DNA from: a bacterium UBP1_UBA4783
GTDB taxonomy: Bacteria > Krumholzibacteriota > Krumholzibacteriia > Krumholzibacteriales > Krumholzibacteriaceae
Assembly (NCBI GenBank): GCA_002403075.1
Contig: DHHB01000007.1
Location: forward strand, 2,339 to 66,338
Direction of reading: 5' to 3'
Length of the DNA stretch: 64,000 nucleotides
The translations under genes and the position numbers were made by a program. Numbering within the stretch: position 1 is the first letter of the stretch; each line of letters opens with the position of its first letter. A model generated the notes under the pieces. It saw only the letters and a list, made by a program, of their open reading frames with translations, was not told where the DNA came from and ran no database searches. Shown here in pieces: positions 1 through 9,168 of this stretch.

Positions 1-1
1 C

Positions 2-1327
2 AAGGAGATCAAGGACTCGGGACTGCGCGGTCGGGGCGGCGCCGGGTTTCCGACGGGGCTCAAGTGGTCGTTCGCCGCTTCCCAGCCGGCGGGGGTCAAG
101 TACGTCGTCTGCAACGCGGACGAGGGGGATCCCGGCGCCTTCATGGACCGCTCCGTGCTCGAGGGGGATCCGCACTCCGTCATCGAGGGGATGATCGTCT
201 GCGGCAGGGCGATCGGGGCCTCCTTCGGCTACATATACTGCCGCGCCGAGTACCCGATGGCGATCAAGCGGCTCACGATCGCGCTCGACGCGGCGCGGGA
301 GAAGGGCTACCTCGGGACGAACATACTCGGATCGGGGTTCGACTTCGACGTCAAGATCAAGCAGGGCGCCGGCGCCTTCGTCTGCGGCGAGGAAACGGCG
401 CTTTTCCAGTCGATCGAGGGCAAGCGCGGCATGCCGCGCATCCGCCCCCCTTTCCCCGCCGAGAAGGGCCTCTGGGCGAAACCGACGAACAACAACAACG
501 TCGAGACCTACGCCAACGTCCCGTGGATTCTCGTGAACGGCGCCGCCGCCTACGCGAAATACGGCACCGAGAAGAGCCGCGGCACCAAGGTCTTCGCCCT
601 CGCGGGCAAGGTCCGCAACGGCGGTCTCGCCGAGGTTCCGATGGGCATTCCCATCAACGATCTCGTCTTCAAGATCGGCGGCGGCATCAAGGAGGACCGC
701 GCGTTCAAGGCGGTGCAGATGGGCGGCCCGTCGGGCGGCTGCATCCCCGCCTCGCTCGGAACGACCTCGGTCGATTTCGAGTCGATCCCCGCGACCGGCG
801 CCATCATGGGCTCGGGCGGCATGGTCGTCATGGACGACCAGACCTGCATGGTCGAGATGGCTCGCTTCTTCCTCGACTTCACGCAGAACGAATCGTGCGG
901 CAAATGCACCTTCTGCCGCGTCGGCACGCTCCGCATGCTCGAGATCCTCACGCGGATCACGCAGGGCGAGGGGCGGCCGGAGGACGTGCCGAGCCTGCTC
1001 GAGCTCGGCGCCCAGATCAAGGACGCGAGCCTCTGCGGCCTCGGCCAGACGGCGCCGAATCCGGTGCTCACGACGATCAGGTATTTCGCCGACGAGTACG
1101 AAGCGCACATCACGCACAAACGCTGCCCCGCGGGGAGCTGCCTCGCGCTCGTCGATTTCATCATCGACCCGGAGAAGTGCACCGGGTGCACGGTCTGTGC
1201 GAAGCACTGCCCCGTGAACGCGATATCGGGCGAGCGCAAGAAAGCGCACGTCATCGACACGTCCGTGTGCGCGAAGTGCGGCAAATGCATCACGAGCTGC
1301 GCCTTCGGCGCTATCTATAAAAAGTGA
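2..1327 (+). CDS. NuoF/HydB-like NADH-binding flavoprotein subunit (StnB-like), 5'-truncated by window edge
   Basis: Frame open from base 2 (KEIKDSGLRGRGGAGFPTGLKW). Motifs NADEGDPG, GAGAFVCGEETAL, ESCGKCTFCR...SLCGLG; C-terminal 2x[4Fe-4S] ferredoxin (CTGCTVC...CP, CAKCGKC...CA). Confidence 0.93.
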   Translation, partial: KEIKDSGLRGRGGAGFPTGLKWSFAASQPAGVKYVVCNADEGDPGAFMDRSVLEGDPHSVIEGMIVCGRAIGASFGYIYCRAEYPMAIKRLTIALDAAREKGYLGTNILGSGFDFDVKIKQGAGAFVCGEETALFQSIEGKRGMPRIRPPFPAEKGLWAKPTNNNNVETYANVPWILVNGAAAYAKYGTEKSRGTKVFALAGKVRNGGLAEVPMGIPINDLVFKIGGGIKEDRAFKAVQMGGPSGGCIPASLGTTSVDFESIPATGAIMGSGGMVVMDDQTCMVEMARFFLDFTQNESCGKCTFCRVGTLRMLEILTRITQGEGRPEDVPSLLELGAQIKDASLCGLGQTAPNPVLTTIRYFADEYEAHITHKRCPAGSCLALVDFIIDPEKCTGCTVCAKHCPVNAISGERKKAHVIDTSVCAKCGKCITSCAFGAIYKK

Positions 1328-4300
1328 GGGAACACCGGATGGATACCGTGAAGCTGAAAATCAACGGCGCGGAGATCGAGGCGTCCCCGGGAAAGACGAT
1401 CCTCGAGGTCGTCCGCGAGCGGGAGCTCGACGCCATACCGACGCTCTGCCACTCGCAGGAGCTCGAGCCCTACGCCTCGTGCTTCCTCTGCGTGGTCGAG
1501 ATCAAAGGACGGCCGAACCTCGTGCCCGCGTGCGCGACGCGGGTCGCGCCGGGCATGGAAGTGACGACGCGGAACGAGCGCATCATGCGCTCGCGGCGCA
1601 CCGCCCTCGAGCTCCTCGTGTCGAACCACTACGCCGACTGCGTCTCCCCCTGCATGGAGGGCTGCCCCGCGCACGTCGACGCGCAGGGGTACATCGCGTT
1701 CTCGGCGATGGGGCTCTACCGCAAGGCGGTCGATCTCATCCGCGAGACGAACCCGCTGCCGGCGATCTGCGGGCGCGTGTGCGTCCGCAAGTGCGAGGTC
1801 GTCTGCCGCCGCGCCGACGTCGATTCGGCGGTCGGCATCAACGCGATCAAGCGTTTCGTGACCGATCAGCCGGGGGTGTACGACGGTTCTCCCGTCTGCG
1901 AGCCCCCGACGGGGAAAAAGGTCGCGATCGTCGGCGCCGGGCCAGCGGGTCTCACCGCCGCCTGGTTCCTCGGGCGCGCGGGCCACAAGCCGGTCATGTA
2001 CGAAGCGATGCCGCGCTCGGGCGGCATGCTCCGCTACGGCATCCCCGTCTATCGCCTCCCGGACGACGTCCTCGACCGCGAAGTCGAGTACATCTGCCGG
2101 GCGGGGGGAGAAATAAAATACAACACGCGCGTCGGCAAGGACGTTTCGCTCGACGACCTCATGAAGTCGCACGACGCCGTCTTCCTCGGCCCGGGCGCGT
2201 GGGCGGGCAATCCGATGCGCGTCGAGGGAGAATTCGACACCAAGGGCGTCGTTCAGGGCGCGGACTTCCTCCCCGAGCAGACCGATCGCCGCACGCCGCT
2301 ATCGGGCACCGTCGTCGTCGTAGGCGGCGGCAACACGGCGATGGACGTCGCCCGCACATCCTGGCGTCTCGGCGCGGACAAGGTCATCATCCTCTATCGC
2401 CGCACCAAGGACGAGATGCCCGCCGACAAGATGGAGATCGAGGATTGCCTCCACGAGGGGATAGAGCTCATGGAGCTCGCGGCGCCGATCGGCATCGTCC
2501 GGGACGAGGCGGGCGCGCTCAAGGCGCTCCGCTGCCAGCGGATGAAGCTCGGCGAGCCCGACAGCTCGGGGCGCCGCCGCCCCGTTCCGCTCGAGGGATC
2601 CGAGTTCGATCTCCCCTGCCAGATGGCCGTCTCGGCGATCGGGCAGGCGACCGATCTCGCCGGCCTCACGAAGGCGGGCGGCGCGCCGGTGGGTCTCACG
2701 AAATGGAACACGTTCGTCATCGATCCCGAGACGCTCGCGACGAACGTGAAGGGCGTGTTCGCCGGCGGCGACGCGGCCGACGACGGACCGACGGTCGTCA
2801 TCGACGCGATCGCGGACGGCCAACGGGCCGCCCGGGCCGTCGACGCGTACCTGCGGCGCGCCTCGGCCGCGCCGCGTCCGTTCATCGTGAAGAAGGAGTT
2901 TTGGAGCAAGCCCGGCACGGCCGAGCTCGGCGAGATCAAGGAGAGCCCCCGCCACGAGGTTCACCAGATCGACGTCGAATCGCGCCGCGGCAGCTTCGTC
3001 GAGGTCGCGACCGGATTCGAGTTCGAGGACAACGTCCACGAGTGCGACCGCTGCCTCTCGTGCGGCTGCCTGCGTTTCGACACGTGCCTGCTCCGCATCT
3101 ACGCGGAGGAGCACGGCATCGACATGTCCCGCTTCAAGGGAACCGTCCGCAAGCACAAGGTGGACGAGCGGCATCCGTACATCGTCTACGACCCGAACAA
3201 GTGCATCCTCTGCGCGCGCTGCATCCGCACGTGCGCCCGCGTGCTCCCCATCTCGGCGCTCGGGCTCGTGGGCCGCGGCTTCCGGACCGAGATGCGGCCG
3301 GCGTTGAACGATCCGCTCGTCGAGACGAGCTGCGTCTCCTGCGGCAACTGCGTCGACTCCTGCCCGACGGGAGCGCTCACGATCAAGTACCCGTTCCCGG
3401 GGCGGTCCTGCCTCGACACCGACGACGTGTCCACGCACTGCGCTCTCTGCTCGCTCGCGTGCGCGACGACGGTGAAGAGCTTCGGCCCGGGCCGCTGGTA
3501 CGTCGCGCCCTCGGGCGTCCCCGGTGATTATCTCTGCCGCTACGGGCGGTTCGGAAACGAGCTCTTCATCAAGCGGCGCAGAATCGCCGCGCCGGAGATC
3601 CGCCGCGGAAGCGAGATTCAGACCGGCGATCTCTGCGAGGCCGAGAAGCTCGTCGCGCACGGGCTGCGCGGCGTCGTCGAGCGGCACGGCGCGGGAAAGG
3701 TCGCCGTGTTCGTCTCCCCCGAGCTCACGAACGAAGAGCTGTACCTCGCCTCCCGCATCGCGCGCGAGGGCCTCGGCACGAACAACGTCGCATCCCTCTC
3801 GATCCTCGGAACCGGCGCCGAGGCGGGCGTCCTCGACGAGTCGTTCGGTTTTACCGCGTCGACGGCCGACCGAGGGGCGATCGACCACGCCGACCTCGTT
3901 ATCTGCAACAACACCGCTCTCGAGTCGGACCACCTGATCCTCGCCGTCAAGGTCATCGAAGCCGTGCGGAAGGGCGCGAAGCTCGTCGTCTCGAACTCGA
4001 CCCTCGACGCGACCGACGAGGTCCTTTCGACGATCTCGCTCGATCCGATGCGGGGACGGGCCGCGATCCTGTGGAACGGCGTGATGCAGGTGCTCCTCGA
4101 CGAAGGATGGATCAAGAGCGCCGCGGTGAAGAAAATCGCCGGGGCGAAGGAATTCCTCAAGAGCCGCGACTTCTCCCTCGAACGAGTCGCGGCGCTCACG
4201 GGCGTCGCCGCGGACAAGATCCGCGAGACCGCCGCTCTCGTGAGGGACGCGCGCAGGATCGTCGTCATCCACAGTCCGGACCGCGTTCAGGACCAGGCGC

Positions 4301-5028
4301 CCGGCGACGTGGAGACGTTCGCGAACCTCGCGATTCTGCTGCGCGCCGGCGGACGCGAGGCGGATATCCTTCTGCCGAGGCTCCACGCGAACAGCGCCGC
4401 GCTCGAGCTCATGGGCGCCGATCCGGCCTTCGGACCGGGCCGCGTGCCCCATCCCCCGGGAGTCGCGGGCGCGCGGAGCCGCGAGGAGCTGCGGACGCTC
4501 CTCGCCGCCGGCGAGATCAAGGGCGCCCTCATCGTCGGAGAGGATCCGATGGCGTGGGGGACGACCGGAGAATGGTTCCGGAACGTGGAGTTCCTCGCCG
4601 CGATGGACTGGACGAGCACCGAGACGACGCAGTACGCGGACGTCGTGCTGCCGGGCTCGACGTTCCTCGAAACGCCCGGAACGCGGTGCAATTTCGAAGG
4701 CGCGCTCGTCGAGTTCGCGCAGGCGATGGCGCCGCCCGCCGGGGCGTCGGGACGGGAGATCCTCGCGGGGCTCGCCGCGGAGCTCGATCTTCCCTCTCCC
4801 GACGACGGGCGCGAGGCGATCGAAACGATCGTGAGGGAGAGGCTCGGCGATCTCGTGCGATTCTACTGGAACACCGGCGAGGAGCGGATCTTCCCCGCGA
4901 AAGTGCGCCTCGTTCCGACGGGCGCCGTCGCGGAGACGGGATCGATCATGCCGCCGCTCACGCACGGCGGGAACTACAAGCGCGAGATCAGGGAAGTCGG
5001 CACCGGGCGGTTCCGCGTGAGACGGTAG
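1324..5028 (+). CDS. GltD-like FAD/NADPH oxidoreductase fused within a NuoG/FdhA-like Fe-S scaffold (StnC-like)
   Basis: N-terminal [2Fe-2S] (PTLCH...CFLCVV...AC); GltD motifs CGRVC, GAGPAG, GGGNTAMD, YRRT, FAGGD; then CILCARCIRTC, CVSCGNCVDSCP, CALCSLAC...LCRYG and a molybdopterin-oxidoreductase-like C-terminal fold. Start may be ATG 1339. Confidence 0.85.
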   Translation: MREHRMDTVKLKINGAEIEASPGKTILEVVRERELDAIPTLCHSQELEPYASCFLCVVEIKGRPNLVPACATRVAPGMEVTTRNERIMRSRRTALELLVSNHYADCVSPCMEGCPAHVDAQGYIAFSAMGLYRKAVDLIRETNPLPAICGRVCVRKCEVVCRRADVDSAVGINAIKRFVTDQPGVYDGSPVCEPPTGKKVAIVGAGPAGLTAAWFLGRAGHKPVMYEAMPRSGGMLRYGIPVYRLPDDVLDREVEYICRAGGEIKYNTRVGKDVSLDDLMKSHDAVFLGPGAWAGNPMRVEGEFDTKGVVQGADFLPEQTDRRTPLSGTVVVVGGGNTAMDVARTSWRLGADKVIILYRRTKDEMPADKMEIEDCLHEGIELMELAAPIGIVRDEAGALKALRCQRMKLGEPDSSGRRRPVPLEGSEFDLPCQMAVSAIGQATDLAGLTKAGGAPVGLTKWNTFVIDPETLATNVKGVFAGGDAADDGPTVVIDAIADGQRAARAVDAYLRRASAAPRPFIVKKEFWSKPGTAELGEIKESPRHEVHQIDVESRRGSFVEVATGFEFEDNVHECDRCLSCGCLRFDTCLLRIYAEEHGIDMSRFKGTVRKHKVDERHPYIVYDPNKCILCARCIRTCARVLPISALGLVGRGFRTEMRPALNDPLVETSCVSCGNCVDSCPTGALTIKYPFPGRSCLDTDDVSTHCALCSLACATTVKSFGPGRWYVAPSGVPGDYLCRYGRFGNELFIKRRRIAAPEIRRGSEIQTGDLCEAEKLVAHGLRGVVERHGAGKVAVFVSPELTNEELYLASRIAREGLGTNNVASLSILGTGAEAGVLDESFGFTASTADRGAIDHADLVICNNTALESDHLILAVKVIEAVRKGAKLVVSNSTLDATDEVLSTISLDPMRGRAAILWNGVMQVLLDEGWIKSAAVKKIAGAKEFLKSRDFSLERVAALTGVAADKIRETAALVRDARRIVVIHSPDRVQDQAPGDVETFANLAILLRAGGREADILLPRLHANSAALELMGADPAFGPGRVPHPPGVAGARSREELRTLLAAGEIKGALIVGEDPMAWGTTGEWFRNVEFLAAMDWTSTETTQYADVVLPGSTFLETPGTRCNFEGALVEFAQAMAPPAGASGREILAGLAAELDLPSPDDGREAIETIVRERLGDLVRFYWNTGEERIFPAKVRLVPTGAVAETGSIMPPLTHGGNYKREIREVGTGRFRVRR

Positions 5029-5050
5029 CCTCTCCGGTGGAGGAGCCCGC

Positions 5051-7093
5051 ATGATCAGGCTCGACGATCTCTACTCCTTCATGGAGAGCAGCTTCGACTA
5101 CCTCCTCGTGGCCGGCGAGGACGAACAGATCGTCCACGTGAGCGCGATCCTCGCCCGGGACAGCCTCGGCGGAGAGGCGTCTTTCGCAGGCAGGAAACTC
5201 GACGGCATCCTCGCGGCCGACTCGCTCGCCACCTTCCACTCGGCGATGGCGCAGGCGCGCGCCGGGAACCGCGCGATCGCCGTCCTCTCGGCGGCCAGGG
5301 GAGACGCGCGGCCCGTGCCGCTCAAGGCGGGATACGGCAAGACCGACTCCGGCGGCATCTTCGTCTTCTTCGGAAACAAGCTGAACGCCCTGCGAAGCCA
5401 CAAGGAATGGGAGAGGACCGAGCGCGTCAAGGAGCTCACCTGCCTCTACGACGTCGCCGAATGGATCGAAGTCTCGGAGTCGATCAGCGAATTCTTCTCG
5501 GAGCTCCCCCGCTACCTCGCCCCCGGCATGCTGTATCCCGACGAGGCCGTCGTCTACTCCGTCTATCAGGGGATCGAGTACGGACAGAAACCGTCGTCGA
5601 ACAACTACCTGTCGGTGCATCTCGTGATCGGAGATCGGGACAAGGGCGAGATCCGCGTCGGCTACCACGACGAGGAACGCAAACTCCTGCCCGAGGAGCA
5701 GCGCATGCTCGACGAGATCGCGCGCATGCTCAACCTCGCCCTCGACCGGAAGGAGCTCAAGGAAAACCTCGTCTCGAAACAGCGCGAGGAGGCCGAATTC
5801 AAGAAGCACCTCGAGGCGCTCGAACGCGAGATCGCCGAGCGGACGAGGCAGGTCGAGGAGCAGAAACAGAAGCTCCAGGTCGTCAATTCATACCTCGACC
5901 GCGTCAAGGGCGGATGGGAGGAATCGCGCGCGACGCTCGAAACGATGTTCAAGGCCATTCCGGACGACGTCGTGCTCATCGATCCGCACCGCACCGTCGT
6001 CATGACGAACCGCGACGACGTGCAGCCGGGGACCTACTGCTACCACAGCTTTTTCGGCCGCGAACGGCCGTGCGAGGACTGCCGGCTCGCCCGCATCATG
6101 CGCGACAAGTCCCCCGTCACCCTCACGATGAAGCACGACAACAAGTTCCTCGAGGTCCACGCCCTCCCCGTCTACAACAAGGACCACGAGGTCGACGGGA
6201 TCATGGAGTTCTACCGGGACGTCACGCTCGAAAAAACGTACGAGCAGCAGCTCCAGCAGGCCGACAAGCTCGCCTCGCTCGGGCAGCTCGTGAGCGGCAT
6301 CGGCCACGAGATCAACAACCCGAATCAGTTCATCCGCGGCAACGTCAAGATCCTCAAGCAGGCGCTCGAGGACATGCTTCCCATCATCGACGAATATCAA
6401 AGGGCGCACCCCGATCTCAAGGTCGCGAAGCTCAATTACGATTTCTTCCGCAAGCACATCATGACGCTCATCGACGACATGGACCGCGGATCGACGCGGA
6501 TCAAGGGGATCGTCGAGGGGCTGCGCACCTTCGCGCGCAAGGACGAGGGGCTCCTCGTCGACACGATCGAGATGAACACGCTCATCGAAGCCGGCGCGCG
6601 CCTCGTCCAGAACGAGGTGCACAAGCACGCCGACATCGCGCTCGAGCTCGCCGAAGGCCTCCCCGCGTTCACCGGCAACGCCCAGAAGATCGAGCAGGTG
6701 CTCGTGAACCTTCTCGTGAACGCCGGGCAAGCGATGCGCGACGACGTCCGCGGTCTCATCACCGTGCGGACGCGGGCCGAGGACGGCGACGTCGTCTTCG
6801 AGGTCGAGGACAACGGCGTCGGCATGAACGAGAAGACGGTCAAGCAGATATTCGACCCGTTTTTCACGACGAAGCGCGCAAAGGGGGGCACGGGGCTCGG
6901 ACTCGCGATCGTCTACCGCATCGTCGAGGAGCACGGGGGCGCGATATCGGTAAAGAGCAAGCAGGGCGCCGGCACGATCTTCGTCGCGAGATTCCCCGCG
7001 AAGGGGGCGGCGCGGCAGGGAGCTTCGATGCCGGCGAAACCGGCGGCGCAGCCCGACGCGGGATCGCAGCCGCCGGCGAAAGGATCGTCATGA
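5051..7093 (+). CDS. Cytoplasmic PAS/GAF-type sensor histidine kinase
   Basis: H-box GIGHEINNP, N-box QVLVNLLVNA, DNGVGM, FDPFFTTK, GTGLGL; no TM segments; RBS AGGAG. Confidence 0.93.
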   Translation: MIRLDDLYSFMESSFDYLLVAGEDEQIVHVSAILARDSLGGEASFAGRKLDGILAADSLATFHSAMAQARAGNRAIAVLSAARGDARPVPLKAGYGKTDSGGIFVFFGNKLNALRSHKEWERTERVKELTCLYDVAEWIEVSESISEFFSELPRYLAPGMLYPDEAVVYSVYQGIEYGQKPSSNNYLSVHLVIGDRDKGEIRVGYHDEERKLLPEEQRMLDEIARMLNLALDRKELKENLVSKQREEAEFKKHLEALEREIAERTRQVEEQKQKLQVVNSYLDRVKGGWEESRATLETMFKAIPDDVVLIDPHRTVVMTNRDDVQPGTYCYHSFFGRERPCEDCRLARIMRDKSPVTLTMKHDNKFLEVHALPVYNKDHEVDGIMEFYRDVTLEKTYEQQLQQADKLASLGQLVSGIGHEINNPNQFIRGNVKILKQALEDMLPIIDEYQRAHPDLKVAKLNYDFFRKHIMTLIDDMDRGSTRIKGIVEGLRTFARKDEGLLVDTIEMNTLIEAGARLVQNEVHKHADIALELAEGLPAFTGNAQKIEQVLVNLLVNAGQAMRDDVRGLITVRTRAEDGDVVFEVEDNGVGMNEKTVKQIFDPFFTTKRAKGGTGLGLAIVYRIVEEHGGAISVKSKQGAGTIFVARFPAKGAARQGASMPAKPAAQPDAGSQPPAKGSS

Positions 7094-8451
7094 GAAAGGT
7101 CCTCATCGTCGACGACGACGTCGCCGTGACGAACTACTTCATGGTGTTTCTCATGCAGACGGACCTCTTCGAGCCGACCGTCGTGAACGACTCGCGCGAG
7201 GTCGAGGCCGTCCTCGCCCGCGAAACGTTCGACGCCGTCATGCTCGACATGGACATGCCGAACGTGAGCGGCATGGACATCCTGCGCTCGATGCGGACGA
7301 AAGGCGATACGACGCCCGTCGTAGTCCTCACCGGCGTGAGCGACGTCGACCTCGCGGTGCGCGCGATGAAGCTCGGCGCCTTCGACTATCTCACGAAACC
7401 TGTCGACGACCAGAACCTGCTCGAAGTGCTCGAAAACGCCATCGAAACCCGCGCGCTCCACGAAACGATCGATCATCTCCCGACCGATCTGACGCGGCAG
7501 GACCTCGCCCACGAGGCGGCCTTCACCCATCTGCCGACGCGGGAGGACGGCATGATCCGGCTTTTTCATCAGGCCGAGAAGCTCGCGGCCTCCGACGTGA
7601 GCATCTTCATCTGGGGGGAGAGCGGGAGCGGCAAGGAGATGCTCGCCCGGGCGATTCACGCGGCGAGCCCTCGGCGCGACGGGCCCTTCGTGGTCGTAGA
7701 AGCCGACAGCCGCGATCCGGAGGAGTTCCCCGTTTTCTTTTTCGGGCAGGCGCGGGACTGGAGCGGCGCCCGGGAGGAGTCTCCGGGGCTCCTCGAGCGC
7801 GCGGACAACGGCACCCTCTTTCTGAACCACATCGACGCCCTGACGCTCCCCGTGCAGGTCCGGCTGAAGCGCCTGCTTCAGAACGGCGAGTACTACCGCG
7901 AGAGCTCGACCGCCATCCGCACGGCGAACGTCAGGACGATCGTTTCGAGCATGCACGATCTCACGCGTCCCGAATACGCGGGGCGCTTTTCGCGGGACCT
8001 CCTCTACCACCTCATGATCAACTCGATCCGCATCCCGCCGCTGCGGGAGCGGCGCCGCGACATTCCGCTGCTGGCGGAGCTCTTTCTCAAGGAAGAATCG
8101 GAACGGGCCGGCAAGACGATCGAGGGGTTCTCGCCCGAGTGCATGGAGCTCCTCGAAAGGTACAGCTACCCCGACAACGTGCAGGAGCTCGTCACGATCG
8201 TCGCGGGAGCGGTCGCGAACGCCGACGGAGACGCGATCACGGTGGATTCGCTCCCCGCCTACATCCGGGACCGGATCGAACGGGGCGGCGCGGCGGCCTT
8301 CACGCCGAGGCGGCTCGACGAGGTCGTCCGGGAGCACGTGCGCGACACGCTCGCCCACTTCGGCCGGCAGCGCGAGGAGGCGGCGAAAGTGCTCGGGATC
8401 ACTCCCGCGGAGATGGACCGGATTATAGCCGAGGACCTTGCGGAGGAGTGA
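7090..8451 (+). CDS. NtrC-family response regulator (REC-AAA+-HTH) with degenerate sigma54-interaction motifs
   Basis: ATGA overlap with kinase. REC domain (LIVDDD, LDMDMP, YLTKP); Walker A GESGSGKE; RFSRDLLYHL; YPDNVQEL; C-terminal EAAKVLGI HTH. Confidence 0.9.
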   Translation: MRKVLIVDDDVAVTNYFMVFLMQTDLFEPTVVNDSREVEAVLARETFDAVMLDMDMPNVSGMDILRSMRTKGDTTPVVVLTGVSDVDLAVRAMKLGAFDYLTKPVDDQNLLEVLENAIETRALHETIDHLPTDLTRQDLAHEAAFTHLPTREDGMIRLFHQAEKLAASDVSIFIWGESGSGKEMLARAIHAASPRRDGPFVVVEADSRDPEEFPVFFFGQARDWSGAREESPGLLERADNGTLFLNHIDALTLPVQVRLKRLLQNGEYYRESSTAIRTANVRTIVSSMHDLTRPEYAGRFSRDLLYHLMINSIRIPPLRERRRDIPLLAELFLKEESERAGKTIEGFSPECMELLERYSYPDNVQELVTIVAGAVANADGDAITVDSLPAYIRDRIERGGAAAFTPRRLDEVVREHVRDTLAHFGRQREEAAKVLGITPAEMDRIIAEDLAEE

Positions 8452-9118
8452 GGATGATGCGCGCGTCGGCGGCGGCCGCGCGGCGCGACGAGCAGATCAC
8501 CGGATTGAGATCGATCGATTCGACCTCCCCGCCGATCGCCATCACGAGATCCGAAAAACCGAGCACGAGCTTCTCGATCGCCTCGCGGCTCGCCGGCTCC
8601 TTGCCGCGAAATCCCTCGAGGAGAGGACGCCCCCGGAGGCACCGGAGCATGGACTCGACGTCGCGCGGGGAAACGGGCGCCATGCGAATCGCCACGTCCC
8701 GGTAGATCTCGACTCCGACGCCGCCGATGCCGAGGAGGATCACGAGGCCGAACTGCGCGTCGTTCTTGGCGCCGACGATGAGCTCGACGCCCGCGAGCGT
8801 CTCGTCGACGACGACCCCCTGAAACGCGTCGATCCGGGAGAGACGTTCGAACGCCGCTCTGAGATCCCGCTCGGTCCCGACGCCCGTCACGACGCCGCCG
8901 ACCTCGGTCTTGTGTACGACGCGCGGCGAGACCACCTTCACGACGACGGGGTACCCGATCTCGGCCGCGGCCGCCGCGGCCTGATCGGCGTTGCCGGCCC
9001 ACGCGAATCGCGGCACGTCCACGCCCGCGAGCGCGAGAATGCGCTTCGCGTCGGGCTCGAGCACCCAGCCGGTCTCGCGCGAATCTTCGACGATCTCGAG
9101 AATGGTCGCGGTATCCAC
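8423..9118 (-). CDS. acdB: ADP-forming acyl-CoA synthetase beta subunit (ATP-grasp)
   Basis: GTG start after GGGGGA; IGYPVVVKVVSPRVVHKTEVGGV, ELIVGAKNDAQFG, IDLNPVI. Confidence 0.85.
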   Translation of the reverse strand: MDTATILEIVEDSRETGWVLEPDAKRILALAGVDVPRFAWAGNADQAAAAAAEIGYPVVVKVVSPRVVHKTEVGGVVTGVGTERDLRAAFERLSRIDAFQGVVVDETLAGVELIVGAKNDAQFGLVILLGIGGVGVEIYRDVAIRMAPVSPRDVESMLRCLRGRPLLEGFRGKEPASREAIEKLVLGFSDLVMAIGGEVESIDLNPVICSSRRAAAADARIILTPPQGPRL

Positions 9119-9168
9119 GTCGTTCCCCCCGTTCGCGTCCGCGCGCGGCGCCGGCGCGCGGCGGCTGT

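Noticed and set aside
1324..5028. Formate dehydrogenase, [FeFe]-hydrogenase or selenoprotein
   Set aside because: No Mo-ligand Cys/Sec-His motif, no H-cluster motifs and no in-frame TGA.
2299..5052. 917-aa minus-strand ORF
   Set aside because: Antisense shadow of the StnC-like gene.
5407..7089. Apparent N-terminal extension making the regulator 1014 aa (likewise the long extensions on acdB, sxtJ, rluA, M29, epsI, TPR, FHA)
   Set aside because: These overlap genuine upstream genes in another frame; true starts are marked by RBS or stop/start overlaps.
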